From an uncultured virus (IMG/VR IMGVR_UViG_3300030202_002850) (Duplodnaviria; Heunggongvirae; Uroviricota; Caudoviricetes): a DNA stretch of 64,000 nucleotides. The notes below the pieces were generated by a model. It had not been told where the DNA came from and did no database searches. It worked only from the letters and a program-made list of their open reading frames with translations. The first letter of the stretch is position 1. Every line of letters begins with the position of its first letter. This document shows positions 17,255 to 29,100 of this stretch, piece by piece. Location of the stretch: IMG/VR virus record IMGVR_UViG_3300030202_002850, positions 1 through 64,000 of that record; one strand, 5' to 3'. Both the position numbers and the translations under genes were made by a program.

Positions 17255-18557
17255 AGACATGGAGAAAGCCCTATTGGGCTGCATGATATTGGAACCCGAT
17301 GAGGTTGTTCCAAATATTATTAGTGAACACAAGAACATAGCTGAGTACTTCTTGTCCATTAGGACAAAGGTTGTGTTTAACACTATCATGGAATTGTTAT
17401 CAACGGGTAGGGCGATAGATGAAAACACAATAATCGATTCTCTTAAAAAGAAAGATAAGCTTGATAGTATAGGAGGGATTATATTTGTTTGCTCGTTAGC
17501 AGACCAAAGCCCTTCAGCAAAAAACTATTCTTATTACGCTGATATATTGAGGGATTATTATGTAAGAAGGAGTTTAATACTTATGAGCAAGGACGCTCTG
17601 CATGATGCACAAAAAGCAGACAGCGCTGAGATCGCACTTGAAAACACACAAAAGAAAGTGATGAGTATTGCTCAAGATCAAGCGCAAAAAGGTGAACGTC
17701 CTACTTCGGTGATGGTAACAGACTACCTACAAAAATTACAGGACAGCATAGACAACCCTCAAGAAACTTATGGGCTGATGACAGGCTGGGCTGATATTGA
17801 TAATACGGTTAAAGGATTGCAGCCAGCTAACATAGTAGTCATAGCAGCAAGGCCAAGCGTTGGTAAGACATCACTTGCAATGAACATGGCTAGGCATGTT
17901 GCTGTAGACCAGCGTAAGCCTGTTGGTGTTTTCAGCTTAGAGATGAGCGCTGACGCACTGATACAGCGCATGATTCATACTCAAGCAAGATGCCCAAAAG
18001 ATGACTGGGCTGGAAGGATTGACGACCTCAGTAAAGCCGCCTCTGATATTGCTAATGCCCCACTACATATTGATGATAGATCTGGGCTATCTGTGCAGCA
18101 GATTGCTGCTTCAGCAAGACGCATGATGGCGCAACATTCCATTGAGCTACTGGTAGTGGACTACTTGCAGCTTATAAGAAGCACAAAAACAAAAGGCACA
18201 AGGAACGATGAAGTCACTGAAATTTCTAGTGGCTGCAAAGCATTAGCTAAAGACTTAAACATACCGATACTACTGCTAAGCCAGATCAATAGGTCTGCTG
18301 AGATCGCGGAAAGAAAACCTAGATGTTCTGACCTGAGGGACTCTGGATCTATAGAACAAGATGCAGATCAAATATGGTTTATTTATAAAGACCTCGAACA
18401 CAAGCCAGATGAGAACGCATCAGGAGTTCCAGTGTGGATCTCGATTGATAAGAACAGGGACGGAGTTAGTGGTGTAAGATTTCCTTTCGTCTTCTTAAAG
18501 GACTACACTAGATTTGAGTCAGGGACAATTGCAGAACCATTAAGTGGTAATGCGTAA
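17229..18557 (+). CDS. dnaB: replicative DNA helicase
   Basis: N-terminal DnaB domain; AARPSVGKT, FSLEM, VVDYLQL, LSQINR, DLRDSGSIEQDAD, KNRDG. Confidence 0.96.
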   Translation: MTETLPNSEDMEKALLGCMILEPDEVVPNIISEHKNIAEYFLSIRTKVVFNTIMELLSTGRAIDENTIIDSLKKKDKLDSIGGIIFVCSLADQSPSAKNYSYYADILRDYYVRRSLILMSKDALHDAQKADSAEIALENTQKKVMSIAQDQAQKGERPTSVMVTDYLQKLQDSIDNPQETYGLMTGWADIDNTVKGLQPANIVVIAARPSVGKTSLAMNMARHVAVDQRKPVGVFSLEMSADALIQRMIHTQARCPKDDWAGRIDDLSKAASDIANAPLHIDDRSGLSVQQIAASARRMMAQHSIELLVVDYLQLIRSTKTKGTRNDEVTEISSGCKALAKDLNIPILLLSQINRSAEIAERKPRCSDLRDSGSIEQDADQIWFIYKDLEHKPDENASGVPVWISIDKNRDGVSGVRFPFVFLKDYTRFESGTIAEPLSGNA

Positions 18558-18646
18558 CGTGCTAGGTATATAAACATATCCTTAGGATAGTTAAGAACTA
18601 GCAAGGTTAAGGTGTTTTCATTTACAATGGTTAAGGAATTTTCTTA

Positions 18647-18901
18647 ATGAGCATAGAAGTTACAAAAGAAGAAGGAACAGTGACAGTACCTCTGTTCACT
18701 AACACAAGCAAAGCGGCAAAGATATTAGGGGTAAGCAAAGCTTATGTCTCTGCGTTAAAGAAAGCTGCTGATATAGGGGGAGCCAGAGTGTTTAGGTTCC
18801 AGAGATTAGTAGAATTTCTGGATGAGAACCCTGACTTTAGGGTGAGTAATGTTTACCCTCGTAAACATGTAAAGGATTCTAGTGAATCTGTTGAGGGTTA
18901 G
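18647..18901 (+). CDS. HTH DNA-binding protein (excisionase-like)
   Basis: TSKAAKILGVSKAYVSALKK HTH pattern; near the recombinase. Confidence 0.6.
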   Translation: MSIEVTKEEGTVTVPLFTNTSKAAKILGVSKAYVSALKKAADIGGARVFRFQRLVEFLDENPDFRVSNVYPRKHVKDSSESVEG

Positions 18902-18919
18902 TAATAAAGTATATTTTAT

Positions 18920-19288
18920 ATGATCGGGGAGATTAGGGCTTTGTCTCTGACTCCCCTTTTTATGTCTCAAATTTTAAACATGGTTAAACATTTTGATAAG
19001 TTACCTCCATACTTGTGTCGAGTTCTGGCAAGGAAAGGAAGGAAAGCTTTAACAAATCAAGACATCTCTAATGTTAGCGGGCTAACAGTTAAGAGAGTTG
19101 GTGAGATATCAAGATTGAAAAGCTGGGGGTCTGTGCCTTTAGCTCAGATTAATGCATTCGCAAAAGCATGCGGAGTTGATTTGATTAATCAATCAAACGT
19201 TAGGAAGTATTTAAAACGAGGGCCAAAGATGGCTCACGTTAACAAGGCCAAAAACAAATCATACCTAATAAGGCTTATGGGTTTGTAA
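18920..19288 (+). CDS. HTH (XRE-like) DNA-binding protein
   Basis: LTNQDISNVSGLTVKRVGEISR helix-turn-helix pattern. Confidence 0.55.
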   Translation: MIGEIRALSLTPLFMSQILNMVKHFDKLPPYLCRVLARKGRKALTNQDISNVSGLTVKRVGEISRLKSWGSVPLAQINAFAKACGVDLINQSNVRKYLKRGPKMAHVNKAKNKSYLIRLMGL

Positions 19289-19306
19289 TATCTGGCCCAG
19301 ATAATA
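19286..19306. repeat. 21-bp palindromic motif
   Basis: TAATATCTGGCCCAGATAATA spanning from stop to the recombinase ATG. Confidence 0.9.
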
Positions 19307-20181
19307 TGAGAAAGAAAAAGACAAAAAACCTACCACAATTAATTAACGAGTACCTATCTTTCAAGATGGTAACTAAATCTAAAAACACTATAAACAATAT
19401 GGAGACAACACTTCTTCATTACGCGCAGTTTTGTTTAGACAGGAAGCGTCACCCCCTAAAAGAAGAAACAGTTTTTAAGTGGGTATCCAACCTTAGATTT
19501 GGAAGCAAGAAGAGAAAAGGTAATACAATAAACAACTATATATCTAGGCTTAAAACATTTCTTAGTTATCTAGTTAATGTCGGGTACATTGATTCAAACC
19601 CTGCCAAGATGGTTGACCTACTACCTCCAGAACACAAAGAGATAGTTGGGTTTAACCACAATGATGCTAAAATACTTATTCAGTATGCTGGTAAGCACAG
19701 GCACAGTAACTATTGGGTTCCGATGATACTACTTGGATGGCATTATGGTATGAGAATATCTGATTGCTCTCACATAAAACATGAAGAGGTGGACATGAAC
19801 CATAGACAAATTAAGTTTTTACCAAAGAAGCAAAGAAGAAGATACATAAGACTGCCTCTTCACCCCGACATTTACGATGCATTTAATAACGCTGAGCTAG
19901 GAGAAGGGGAGTATATGTTTCCAGATGCTGTCAGAAAGTACGAAGTTAAGACTTTAAGTTGTGAGTTTAAATCAATTATCAAGTCAGCCAAACTCCCAGA
20001 AAGCTATACATTCCATTGCTTGCGTCATGGAGCAGCTACTAACATGCTAAAGATGGGTATAAGAATGACAACCATTACCGAGATCATTGGTTGGTCTAGC
20101 CCTACAATGCTGTATAAATATATGGATACAGACCAAGAAGAAATGGATAAGGTTTTAGATATGAAATCTATTGCTGTTTAG
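19306..20181 (+). CDS. tyrosine recombinase/integrase (Xer-like size)
   Basis: SAM-like N-domain ending NPA; GMRISD (R), K, FHCLRH (HxxR), IIGWSS (W at the H/W position), YKY. Confidence 0.92.
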   Translation: MRKKKTKNLPQLINEYLSFKMVTKSKNTINNMETTLLHYAQFCLDRKRHPLKEETVFKWVSNLRFGSKKRKGNTINNYISRLKTFLSYLVNVGYIDSNPAKMVDLLPPEHKEIVGFNHNDAKILIQYAGKHRHSNYWVPMILLGWHYGMRISDCSHIKHEEVDMNHRQIKFLPKKQRRRYIRLPLHPDIYDAFNNAELGEGEYMFPDAVRKYEVKTLSCEFKSIIKSAKLPESYTFHCLRHGAATNMLKMGIRMTTITEIIGWSSPTMLYKYMDTDQEEMDKVLDMKSIAV

Positions 20182-23100
20182 CGACTAAGGTTTCTAGATA
20201 AATTTCTACTTAGGTTTCTTCCGGGTCTTCCACTAGAGCTAACTCTCCTAGTTGTTGACTCTCTGAAGACACTTCCTCCCCCTATTTGCCTAAGCCCTTT
20301 ATCCCAATCATCTAACAAATCTTTAACATACCTTAAATCTTCTGGGTTGTTAGTTCTTAACCCTTCGTAAAAAGCCCTCTTGGTTGGTGAGGATTTCCAA
20401 GCTCCACGAATAGGGCTTAACCCTCTAAGGGCAGATCTTATTTGCCTCCTTGCTTCATCCCTGTTCTTGTAAAGCTTTTGCTCTACGGCAATTTCAACCA
20501 TATAGTTAAAGGTTCGTTTAGCTTCTTTGAAGTTTCCATTACCAACATGCCCAGCCCATATCTTCTTAGGAGCAGTTAAAGCATTTGAGTTTCCTGTAGA
20601 AAACGGTGAACGAGTAAATGCTGTTGGTGACTTCATGTTGTCCTCCCTATTTAAAGTAAGTCTTCTGATCAGCCTCACCCCGTTCAAGTTCCTATTCATC
20701 CCTTCAGCATAAGGCATGAACCTAGTTACTGCTCTAGTAATAGGGAGAAAACTGTTTGCAAATTTAACACCATGCACCGACCAAGCATCTCCTTTAAAGT
20801 CTCCCCCTGCTACATCAGAAGCAAAGTGAACTACATCACCTATTTTACCTATTAAAAGATTGCCCGGAGTGTTAATGGCTCTACCCGGCAACCCAGTGAA
20901 GTAAGCATTCAAAGCCCCTCCAACGAATGGTACTGGCGTTGAAGCTAGCCCTAGATAAGACAATGCTTTTTCTTCCGTTGAGCTAGTCTCATTTGGCAGA
21001 ACAGTTATTCTCTGCCTACCAAATGCTACTTGCTCTACCTCTCGCATCAACATTTCAAACACCCAGTTCTCTGGGACAGCGGAACCTAATGCCATCCCTA
21101 TCCAAATCATTGAATTGAAAAACTCTCTAAGCCTACCAGCTTGACCTGACCTACCAAATGCTGCCTTAGCCCATACTGTTGCTGCATTAGCTGGCCAACC
21201 CATCAAAGGAAAGAACCATCTGGCTGCTGAGCTTGTCCTGAATTGAAGCGGTCTGTTACTTGGCGTTGCCATGTTAATGGTTGTCACCATAACTGAGGCC
21301 ATGCTGTCTCTTTGTGGAGCGGTAAAAAGATTTATATGGCGTGTGCTTTCGCCTGTTCTTTCAGCAGCTTCAAGCTTAGCCCAAAATTCTTTAACTGTTT
21401 CGTCGATGTTTGAAACCCCAGCCTTCGACGCAAAGTTTCTCATTTCAGAAAATGAAGCTTTGTTCCCATTTGTTAATTCTTCTGGTGTTATAAACTCATC
21501 AAGACTAACCCCTTCTTCTTTCCTAGCATAGTAAGCTTCTCTTGCTCTCTTTTCTAAATGATGAGCAACGTTATATCCTAGCTTAGCTAAGATGTTATTG
21601 CCGTATAAATCACCTAACCTTGGGAAGATTGGTTTACCAACAAGAGCTAAGCCAGACTCATACTGCCCCATTATTCCACCAAGTGTTCTAGCTAACAAGT
21701 TGTCGCTAGATTCTACTAGCCTTCCTCCTGTCTCCACAAACCTATCAAAGTTCCCAGCAGTTTCTGATGGATCAACGGGCATAGACAGCCCCCGCTGCGC
21801 CAACATCTCATACTCCCTGTTGCGTTGAGGTATAACATTTGCAATCTCTTCTGTTATAGGGTGCAGAAACCCTCTCAATATAGCGTCAGGTCTCCCTTTA
21901 GTTTCAATTCCTTTCTTAATTGCGCTGGGTAAACTCTTTGTAACGACACCTACAGTTGCGGCTTTGCCTCCGTAGTATCCAGTTTTAAGCGCAAGGGTCA
22001 GTGCTTGTTGTAATGTGTAAACCATTCCAATCGCAAAACCCTTAGGGGTTAAGACTGCACCATTACCAAGTAAATTATTGTAAGTTACACCACCGTGTAT
22101 AGGAGCTTCTGCTAAGTTTCTAGACAGTGTTAAGATAGACATCAAAACACCACCAATTGTAGATCTATAAAATCTTTCCCCGCCTCCCGGCGCTAGATCA
22201 GCGCTATACTCTGAGCTTCCTACCTGAGTAAAAGCTTTCTTGTAGCCATCAGAATACTTTTCAAGTAAGGCTATTTTAGATCTAATAAACTTCCTTACAT
22301 CTGGATATACCCCGCCAACTTTTATATCCATACCAAGCTCTTTTGCTATAGCTTCTTGAACCTTTCTGTTTTTCTTTCTTAAACCAAGTCTCTTAGCGTA
22401 CTTTTCTTCAAGCTTACCAATAAGATTTCCAGTGCTTAAATTATTTAACTCTTGAACAGCAGAGTCGATTGCCCGAACAACGTTAGCTGCTGGGCCAGTA
22501 GCTCCTTTAAATCCAAATCCACCAAACTCGTAATCATTATTAAACCCATAGTCGTAAAAGAAGTAAGGAGCTAATACATCTTTCCTTTGAGTTTCAAAAG
22601 GACTTGCACTCCTATAGTTCTGCACAGTTACAGAGCTTTCCCCCTCTGGTTCCTTAACCTCCTTGCCCATAACTTTCTCAAGATTATCAAGCACTGGGGC
22701 AATGTCTTCCATTAACATTTCTTTAGCTTTACTAACGCTTTCAAGTGATCCGATATCAGCTATCCTTTGAGCAACATAATCAGGGACTGACATATCAACA
22801 TCTTCGTGGCGTTTCTCCCTGACCTCTGCTGCTATAGTGTTATAAACAGATTCGCTTATCCCGTCTTCTTTAGTAGAGCGAACCCATTGCGGATTTCTAT
22901 CTCCTATAAAAGCTATTAAAGCATTTGATGTTTCTTCTGATTCATTAAATAATATATCGTACAGACTTGATTTAGGGCTATCCTTAAACTGTGCATACTC
23001 TTCTATTAAATTTATTCCTGTATCACTAAACCTTCTAGGCAACATCATCTTACCACGCTTAACTGGTAATCGCATAGTGCCAAGTATGCCTTTAATTTTT

Positions 23101-26100
23101 TGAGGCTGAATATCCTCGTTGTACTCAGTTACTTCCTTATTAAATTGAAATGCTTCCTCTGTGATCTGAGCTTCATACTGAAGTAACTCTATATCCTCAT
23201 TGGTAACAACATGTCCATTGCTAAGAGCTTGTCCAGCTTCGTAGTTATTACCGTCTTCTTGGTAACTTGCCCTTAATTCTCGGCCAACATCTTCGTTCCA
23301 TTGCCTTACAGCTTCAATTGCTGTAGTCCTTTCCCCGAACCATTGCTTTTCATAGCCGTGACTTTTAGCTGCATCATAAACAAGATTCCTCCACTTAGGC
23401 TGAGTCCTTTCTTGCCATGCTGAGAACCAAGAGTAGTAAAGGTTATGCGCTTCAACATATTTCTTGGCGATAGCCGCAGACTTAGTTGGTAAATCAGACA
23501 GCATAGCATCCATTACACCAAGAAAGATAGTCTGCCCGTATTTAGTTGGAGTGGCCCGTTGATTTGTCGTGTGGTGCATAACCATCTCCGACAAGTACAT
23601 ACTATTAATTCGTTTAAGAGTGTTATTGTAAAACCCAAAGTAAGGACTGTCAGGGTTCTCGCTTAACCAGTTTTGTATATCCGAAGCCGCCTCTTTTAAT
23701 TTAGCTAGGTTTTCTAAAGCTGAAACATCTCCGTTTTTACCTCCACTAAGCAGCTTAACTTTAACGACATTTTCTTGCTTATCTTGGGAATCAATTTTAT
23801 TTGGAGGCTTAGGTATAGTAATGTAACCCTCTGCAAACTCTTCAAAAATATCAGGCAATCCAGAAGGCTTATCTTCTGAGAGGCCAGCCGCTTCACCAGT
23901 TACCCTTCTGTACTCCACGAACTCTGGGTCACTAAGAACTCGGTCTAATGTGGCAATAGCTTCCTTTGTGTTAGAAAGACTTCTTAGTTTAGCTTTTATA
24001 TTACCGAGTGATTGCTGCATTAAAAGCTGCGCTCTGGCTTTCTTTGTTGTTAGGTCTCGCACATCTTTCATTGCGTCTTTGATAGCCTTAGCTCTTGTAG
24101 ACGGGTCTTTGATTGCACCTATTAAAGCTTTAGCGCTTGACTCAACATCAAGCATATTAATGTCAGGATCTTCTGATAAAGCAACAGCGAGCATGTTCTT
24201 TTTAATGTTCGCATTACTTGAGATAAGTGTGGATGCGACACGATACATATCTCTATCCTTGCTTGTTATCTTTTCACCTAAACCTTTCTTAACTTCTTTT
24301 AACCAATTAAATATTTCGTTACCAAACTCGGCTGTATTTGGAATAGTCGATGGGTCTTTAAGTAAAATCTCTTGTCCAGTAGGAGTAGAGTACAACAAGG
24401 ACACAACCTCCTTAACTTTGTTATTTAAGTCTGGAGTGTTTCTTTGCATTTGCTGTAGCACAGCAAGATCAGATACGGCTTGGACTACTGAAGAATTCCT
24501 AGCCATCTCGCTAGTGATTTCCCCTGTTGAAAGAATCTTAATTGCTGTATCAAGAGCCTTGCTTGCATCAGCTTCAGCTTCTCTATACCAATCAGCAGCA
24601 GTCTTCTTACCAACTACATCACGCATCCTTTTAGCAAACTGCTCCCCTTTTATTTCCTCTTCAAGTTTGGTTAATCTTTTGTTAAGTACCTCTCTTCGCC
24701 TCTCAATTATTTTGAGGAACTCAAAAGCATAAAGAGAAGTAGCATTTGCTAACTCAGGATGCCCATCGTCTATAAACTTTTGAATAATTGTTTCAAACTC
24801 TGCCTTCTCTGGAAGTTGGTTAGTGAGTGCATTAATCCTGTCTCCTTTAGACAAGTTCAACATTTTTCTGACAGACTCATTAGCGTCCGCTGGTATATGT
24901 TTTCTTATTAAAGTGTCTACTTTGCTAGTAGCAGCAGCAGACTGACGAACAAGATTGGCAGCTTTATCATCTTTGCCTTGTTCTTGTAAGAGCCTGACAC
25001 CAGATTCAACCCTGCTTGGATTTGTTACTGCACTAACACTAGCTGACTCCACATTATTCCTAAACAACATTCCTCCGGGCATAGCTGCTCTGACTATGCT
25101 GGCTTGTTTAGGGACATTAAATATAGCGGCAACCTCAGAATAAAACTGTCTCTCACGATTTCTTAATCTAGCTCCTTTTAAGGAAGCTGCACTTAGTATC
25201 GCATCTACAATCGACTTAACATACTCAACACCTTTCCTGAATGCGCTTTGATTGTTCCTGTTTACTAAGCCATTAGCATAGTACTCATCAGTGTTTGATA
25301 AGTAATATGTGTCTTGAATTATTTCATTAAGAGCTTCCTCGTTAAGATCTGGTAGTAGCTCCGGGTATTGCTGAGATGTTACTTCCCCTCTGCTTTGAAT
25401 CTGCTTTAGCACTTGATAGGATCGCTTACCTCTCTCATCTTTACGCTTACTTAGCTGTGCAACCTTCTTGGAAAGTTCGCTGTTCCTGAGAGACCTTGCC
25501 TCGCTTCTTAAATTTTGAGGTAAAAGCTTTGCTGTGAAGTGGGCTATTTCTTCCGCAACAACATCGGGGCTAGTGTTACCATTAGAAGCAATGCGAGCTA
25601 AGTTTAAAACAGAATTAAAAGTGCCTTCGTAAGTTATGTTAGTGTTGCCATCAGAATCAATCTTAGGAACAACTTCCATTGTTAACGATTGAAGCAAGTC
25701 GGGATGTATTGATTGTAAAAGCCTTAAACCTTGGCTTCTTTGTTCTTGTGATAACCCTATATCATCTCTGGATAATAAATCTTCAAGCTGCTGTTTGCCT
25801 TGGGCTGTTTGAGTTTCATTAGCTACGCCCGTAGTGTTTTCAGCTTGAGGTTTTTTTGCTTTTATCTTGGCTTGTGATCCATGAATCCTCTGGTAAAGCT
25901 CATAAGCAACATCAGCTATTGCATTTGCTGTTCTAGGATCAACAGCTTTTGCCCACTCAAGAACTTTTTCTGGGTTATTTATAAAGCCTTGTTCATCTAT
26001 ATGACCCTCTTCCCTTAGCGCTTCAAGCCTACCAGCTAATACTTTGCTGTTTGATATTACATCAATATATTTTTGAATAACATCAGCCTGTCTTCCCCCT

Positions 26101-29100
26101 AGTGACTCTCTTTCTATAGCAGCTTCATTTGTCTCAGGAGCCGCATCAACTTCACTGGACGGAACATCAGCTAACCTATTTGAAACTTCCCCATCTTCAA
26201 CCTTAGACTCATCAATAGATTCTAAAGTTCTTGATTGGGTTTCTTCCATTCCTTTCTGCTCTTTACTCCTAGCAACTATATTAGATATAGCTACCAAGTT
26301 CATACCCTCAAAATCTTCTTGAACAATTTTAACCAACTCCTTCTTTGCTTGGGTTTGGTTTTTAGAATTAAGTTTAGAGTCTTCACTTACCTTAGAGTAG
26401 TCAGGGCTTTCTTCTTTTACACTCTTCTTATCGTATGCAAAAGCAAACCCTTGCTTGTACTGCCTAAGGTACATTGTCCTACCAGAAACCTTTAACTTTA
26501 TAATCCCATCTTTATCTTTATTTTCAGTAACGGTTACTTCACCAGAAAGTTTTTTTAATGAGTCTTGCTCTAGGTTTTCAGTGTCAGTTATTTGCCTCCC
26601 TTGAGTATTCCTACCCATTATCTCATTATACCTACTGCCTTCAGTTAGTAACTGAAATGAGTTCTCTAATAACTGGCCCAGTTTTTGAGCGCTTAACTCT
26701 GCTCTAGGGTAAACACCTTCTTTCCTGTATCTGTTGGTAGCAAGTATGATTGAGTTAATACCCTCCTCGCTTAGCATTCCAGACTCTAACATCAAACCTA
26801 AAGCGGTTTTAGTTTTCTCATCTTTTACATTAGAAATAATTTCTTCGGCAAATGTCTTATCGCTACCTTTTCTCTTTAACTTTGTTTTAGCTTCGCTGAC
26901 TTTTTTAGAAATTTTATTACTTGAATTAAATTCCCATATTGGATTCTCTAATGGATTACCCTCTTCATCTAAATTAGCTAAAGCGTTTTTAGTAAGCATG
27001 CTATCAGGGATGATTGCCCCGTTTATAACTTGCTTTCCTTTCTTGCCATCTCTTGAGTCAACTGTAACTTGATTCAACCCTTCTTCAGTTAGCCTGTAAA
27101 CCCACTGTCTTTTGCCTTGTCGAATATACCCAACATCAATTTTACCAGTAGTTCTGTTTATCTTAATAGATAATGGATTTTGATTCGGGCCAAGAGTTAA
27201 ATTAATGTCGTATTCTTCTGAAGCTTTCTTGCCCTGTATTGCTTCTGGGTAATAACGTTTATTCCCAGCGCCTCTTTGACTAGCAAGAACAATAGTGCCG
27301 GGATCTGGATCAGTATAAGATTCACGCTCTTGCTTTATCTCTGTTTCTAATTCTTTTTGATCTTCAGATTTTTTTCTAGATACAGGTTTTGCTGCCTTAT
27401 CTTGTTTGGTTTCTGGGAGCTTAGCACTCGGCCCTTTTTTCTTAGCAACTTTTTTCTTAGTAGCTTTTTTCTTTTCGTCTGGCTTTGATACTTCAAGATA
27501 CCTTTGCGTCTTGTTTAAGTCTTTGAATACAGATTCTGGGAGAGGTTCGCTTGTGGATTTTTTAGGTGTAGGTTTTTTTCTAACCTTCCTGTTAGCTACA
27601 TCTTTAATATTATTAAGAAGACCTTTAGCTTTATTTCTAAAATTATTTAACCCTCCACCGCTTTCGTTCTCTCGGCTAAGCTTATTATAACCATCTTTTA
27701 TCTTGTTTCTGGCTTCACTCAACCCCGGCTCAAGTTCTTCCTCTTCTGTAACTCTTTCTTCCCTATTAAAACCAAATCTATCTGTAGGATTAACACCTTC
27801 CATTGCGCTGCGAGGAGTTCCGTCATCTTCTGGGATAGTGTTTGTAGCTACAGATTCTCTGGCTTGATCTAAACTTCCAGCATCCTCGTCCTTCTCAGCT
27901 TTCTTTTGGTTTAAATTTTGATATCTAGTTGAATCCATTGGGGTGGATTCGTCTTTAACCTCTTGCCTTAAAGTAGTTGGCTGGCCTATTGGGGCAGTAT
28001 CATCTTCAAGTTGTTTTTCTAGCTGTGTTTGATCTACACTAGAGAACCCTTCCATATAAGCTGAAGCAACCTCTTCACCAAACTCCTTTTTAAGCCTGTT
28101 GTATTTAGTTATTGATGAGCTAGTAAACCCTGACTCAGCATCAGCCTTGCCTTCAGCGAAAGATTGATTAAGCATATCTTCACCTACAACTGGCTCTGAC
28201 AATCCATCATCAGGAGTAACAACATCTTCTTCAGTCTGCTCTGGAGTAACGCCTTCAGCTTCCTTGCTGTACTGGTCGTACTGCTTGAGCATCGCTTCCT
28301 CAATTTTCTTTGCAGCATTTGGTATGTCTTCTTCAGCGATGTCAAACTCTTCAGCATGCTTTCTTATGAAAGCCTCAATATCTGGAGCAAAGTCATCTAC
28401 TTCCCTTCCTTCTATACCTCGCTTTCCAGTTTTAGTATTAACCCAGCTTTCAAAGTTCTGAGCAAATGCTGTCGTGCCTCCAATCTTAGCCCCAGATAAT
28501 CCACCTAGAAATCCATCATGCAAACCACGGGTAAAGATATCTATGTTTGACCTTTTAGGGTCGAAAGTTTTTTGAGCTAAAATTCCCTGAAGGGTAGAAT
28601 CCAACCCTTCCTCTACAAACTCAGCGCCGAACTGCTTAGAAGCATCTGATCCTGTTCTGGTAAATATACCATAGAAATCTTTAATAACTTCCCTACCTTT
28701 AGTCGGGTTAGCGAACACTCTTTCAATACCAGTAGCGCCAAACAAACTAACCAATGAGGCAGTGATAGCGCCAGAAGCTATAGCTGGCTTGAGTGCGCCG
28801 TACTGAGCTTGTAAATATGCTTGATCCCTAGCTTCTAACGGGTCAATTCCCGGTTCTGCTGATAAAATCTTCTTGTAGTTGTCGGCTGCAATTTGCTCAG
28901 CCGCTTCAGTGAAAGTTCCACTCGCTGAACGAACACCATGAACACTGGCTAAGCTACCCATTGTAGCTCTCCTTCCTATTGTGTTTACAGTGTCATCAAA
29001 TTTCTCAACTATTTGACGCTCTACAAGACTAGCCCCTAAGTCGCCACCTCTTTTTGCTGCTGTTGCTTTAGCAAGATTTTTAGTAGCCGCCTTCTTTAGT

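Noticed and set aside
23950..24732. 260-aa + strand ORF and other antisense ORFs within large genes
   Set aside because: Shadow ORFs opposite well-supported CDSs.
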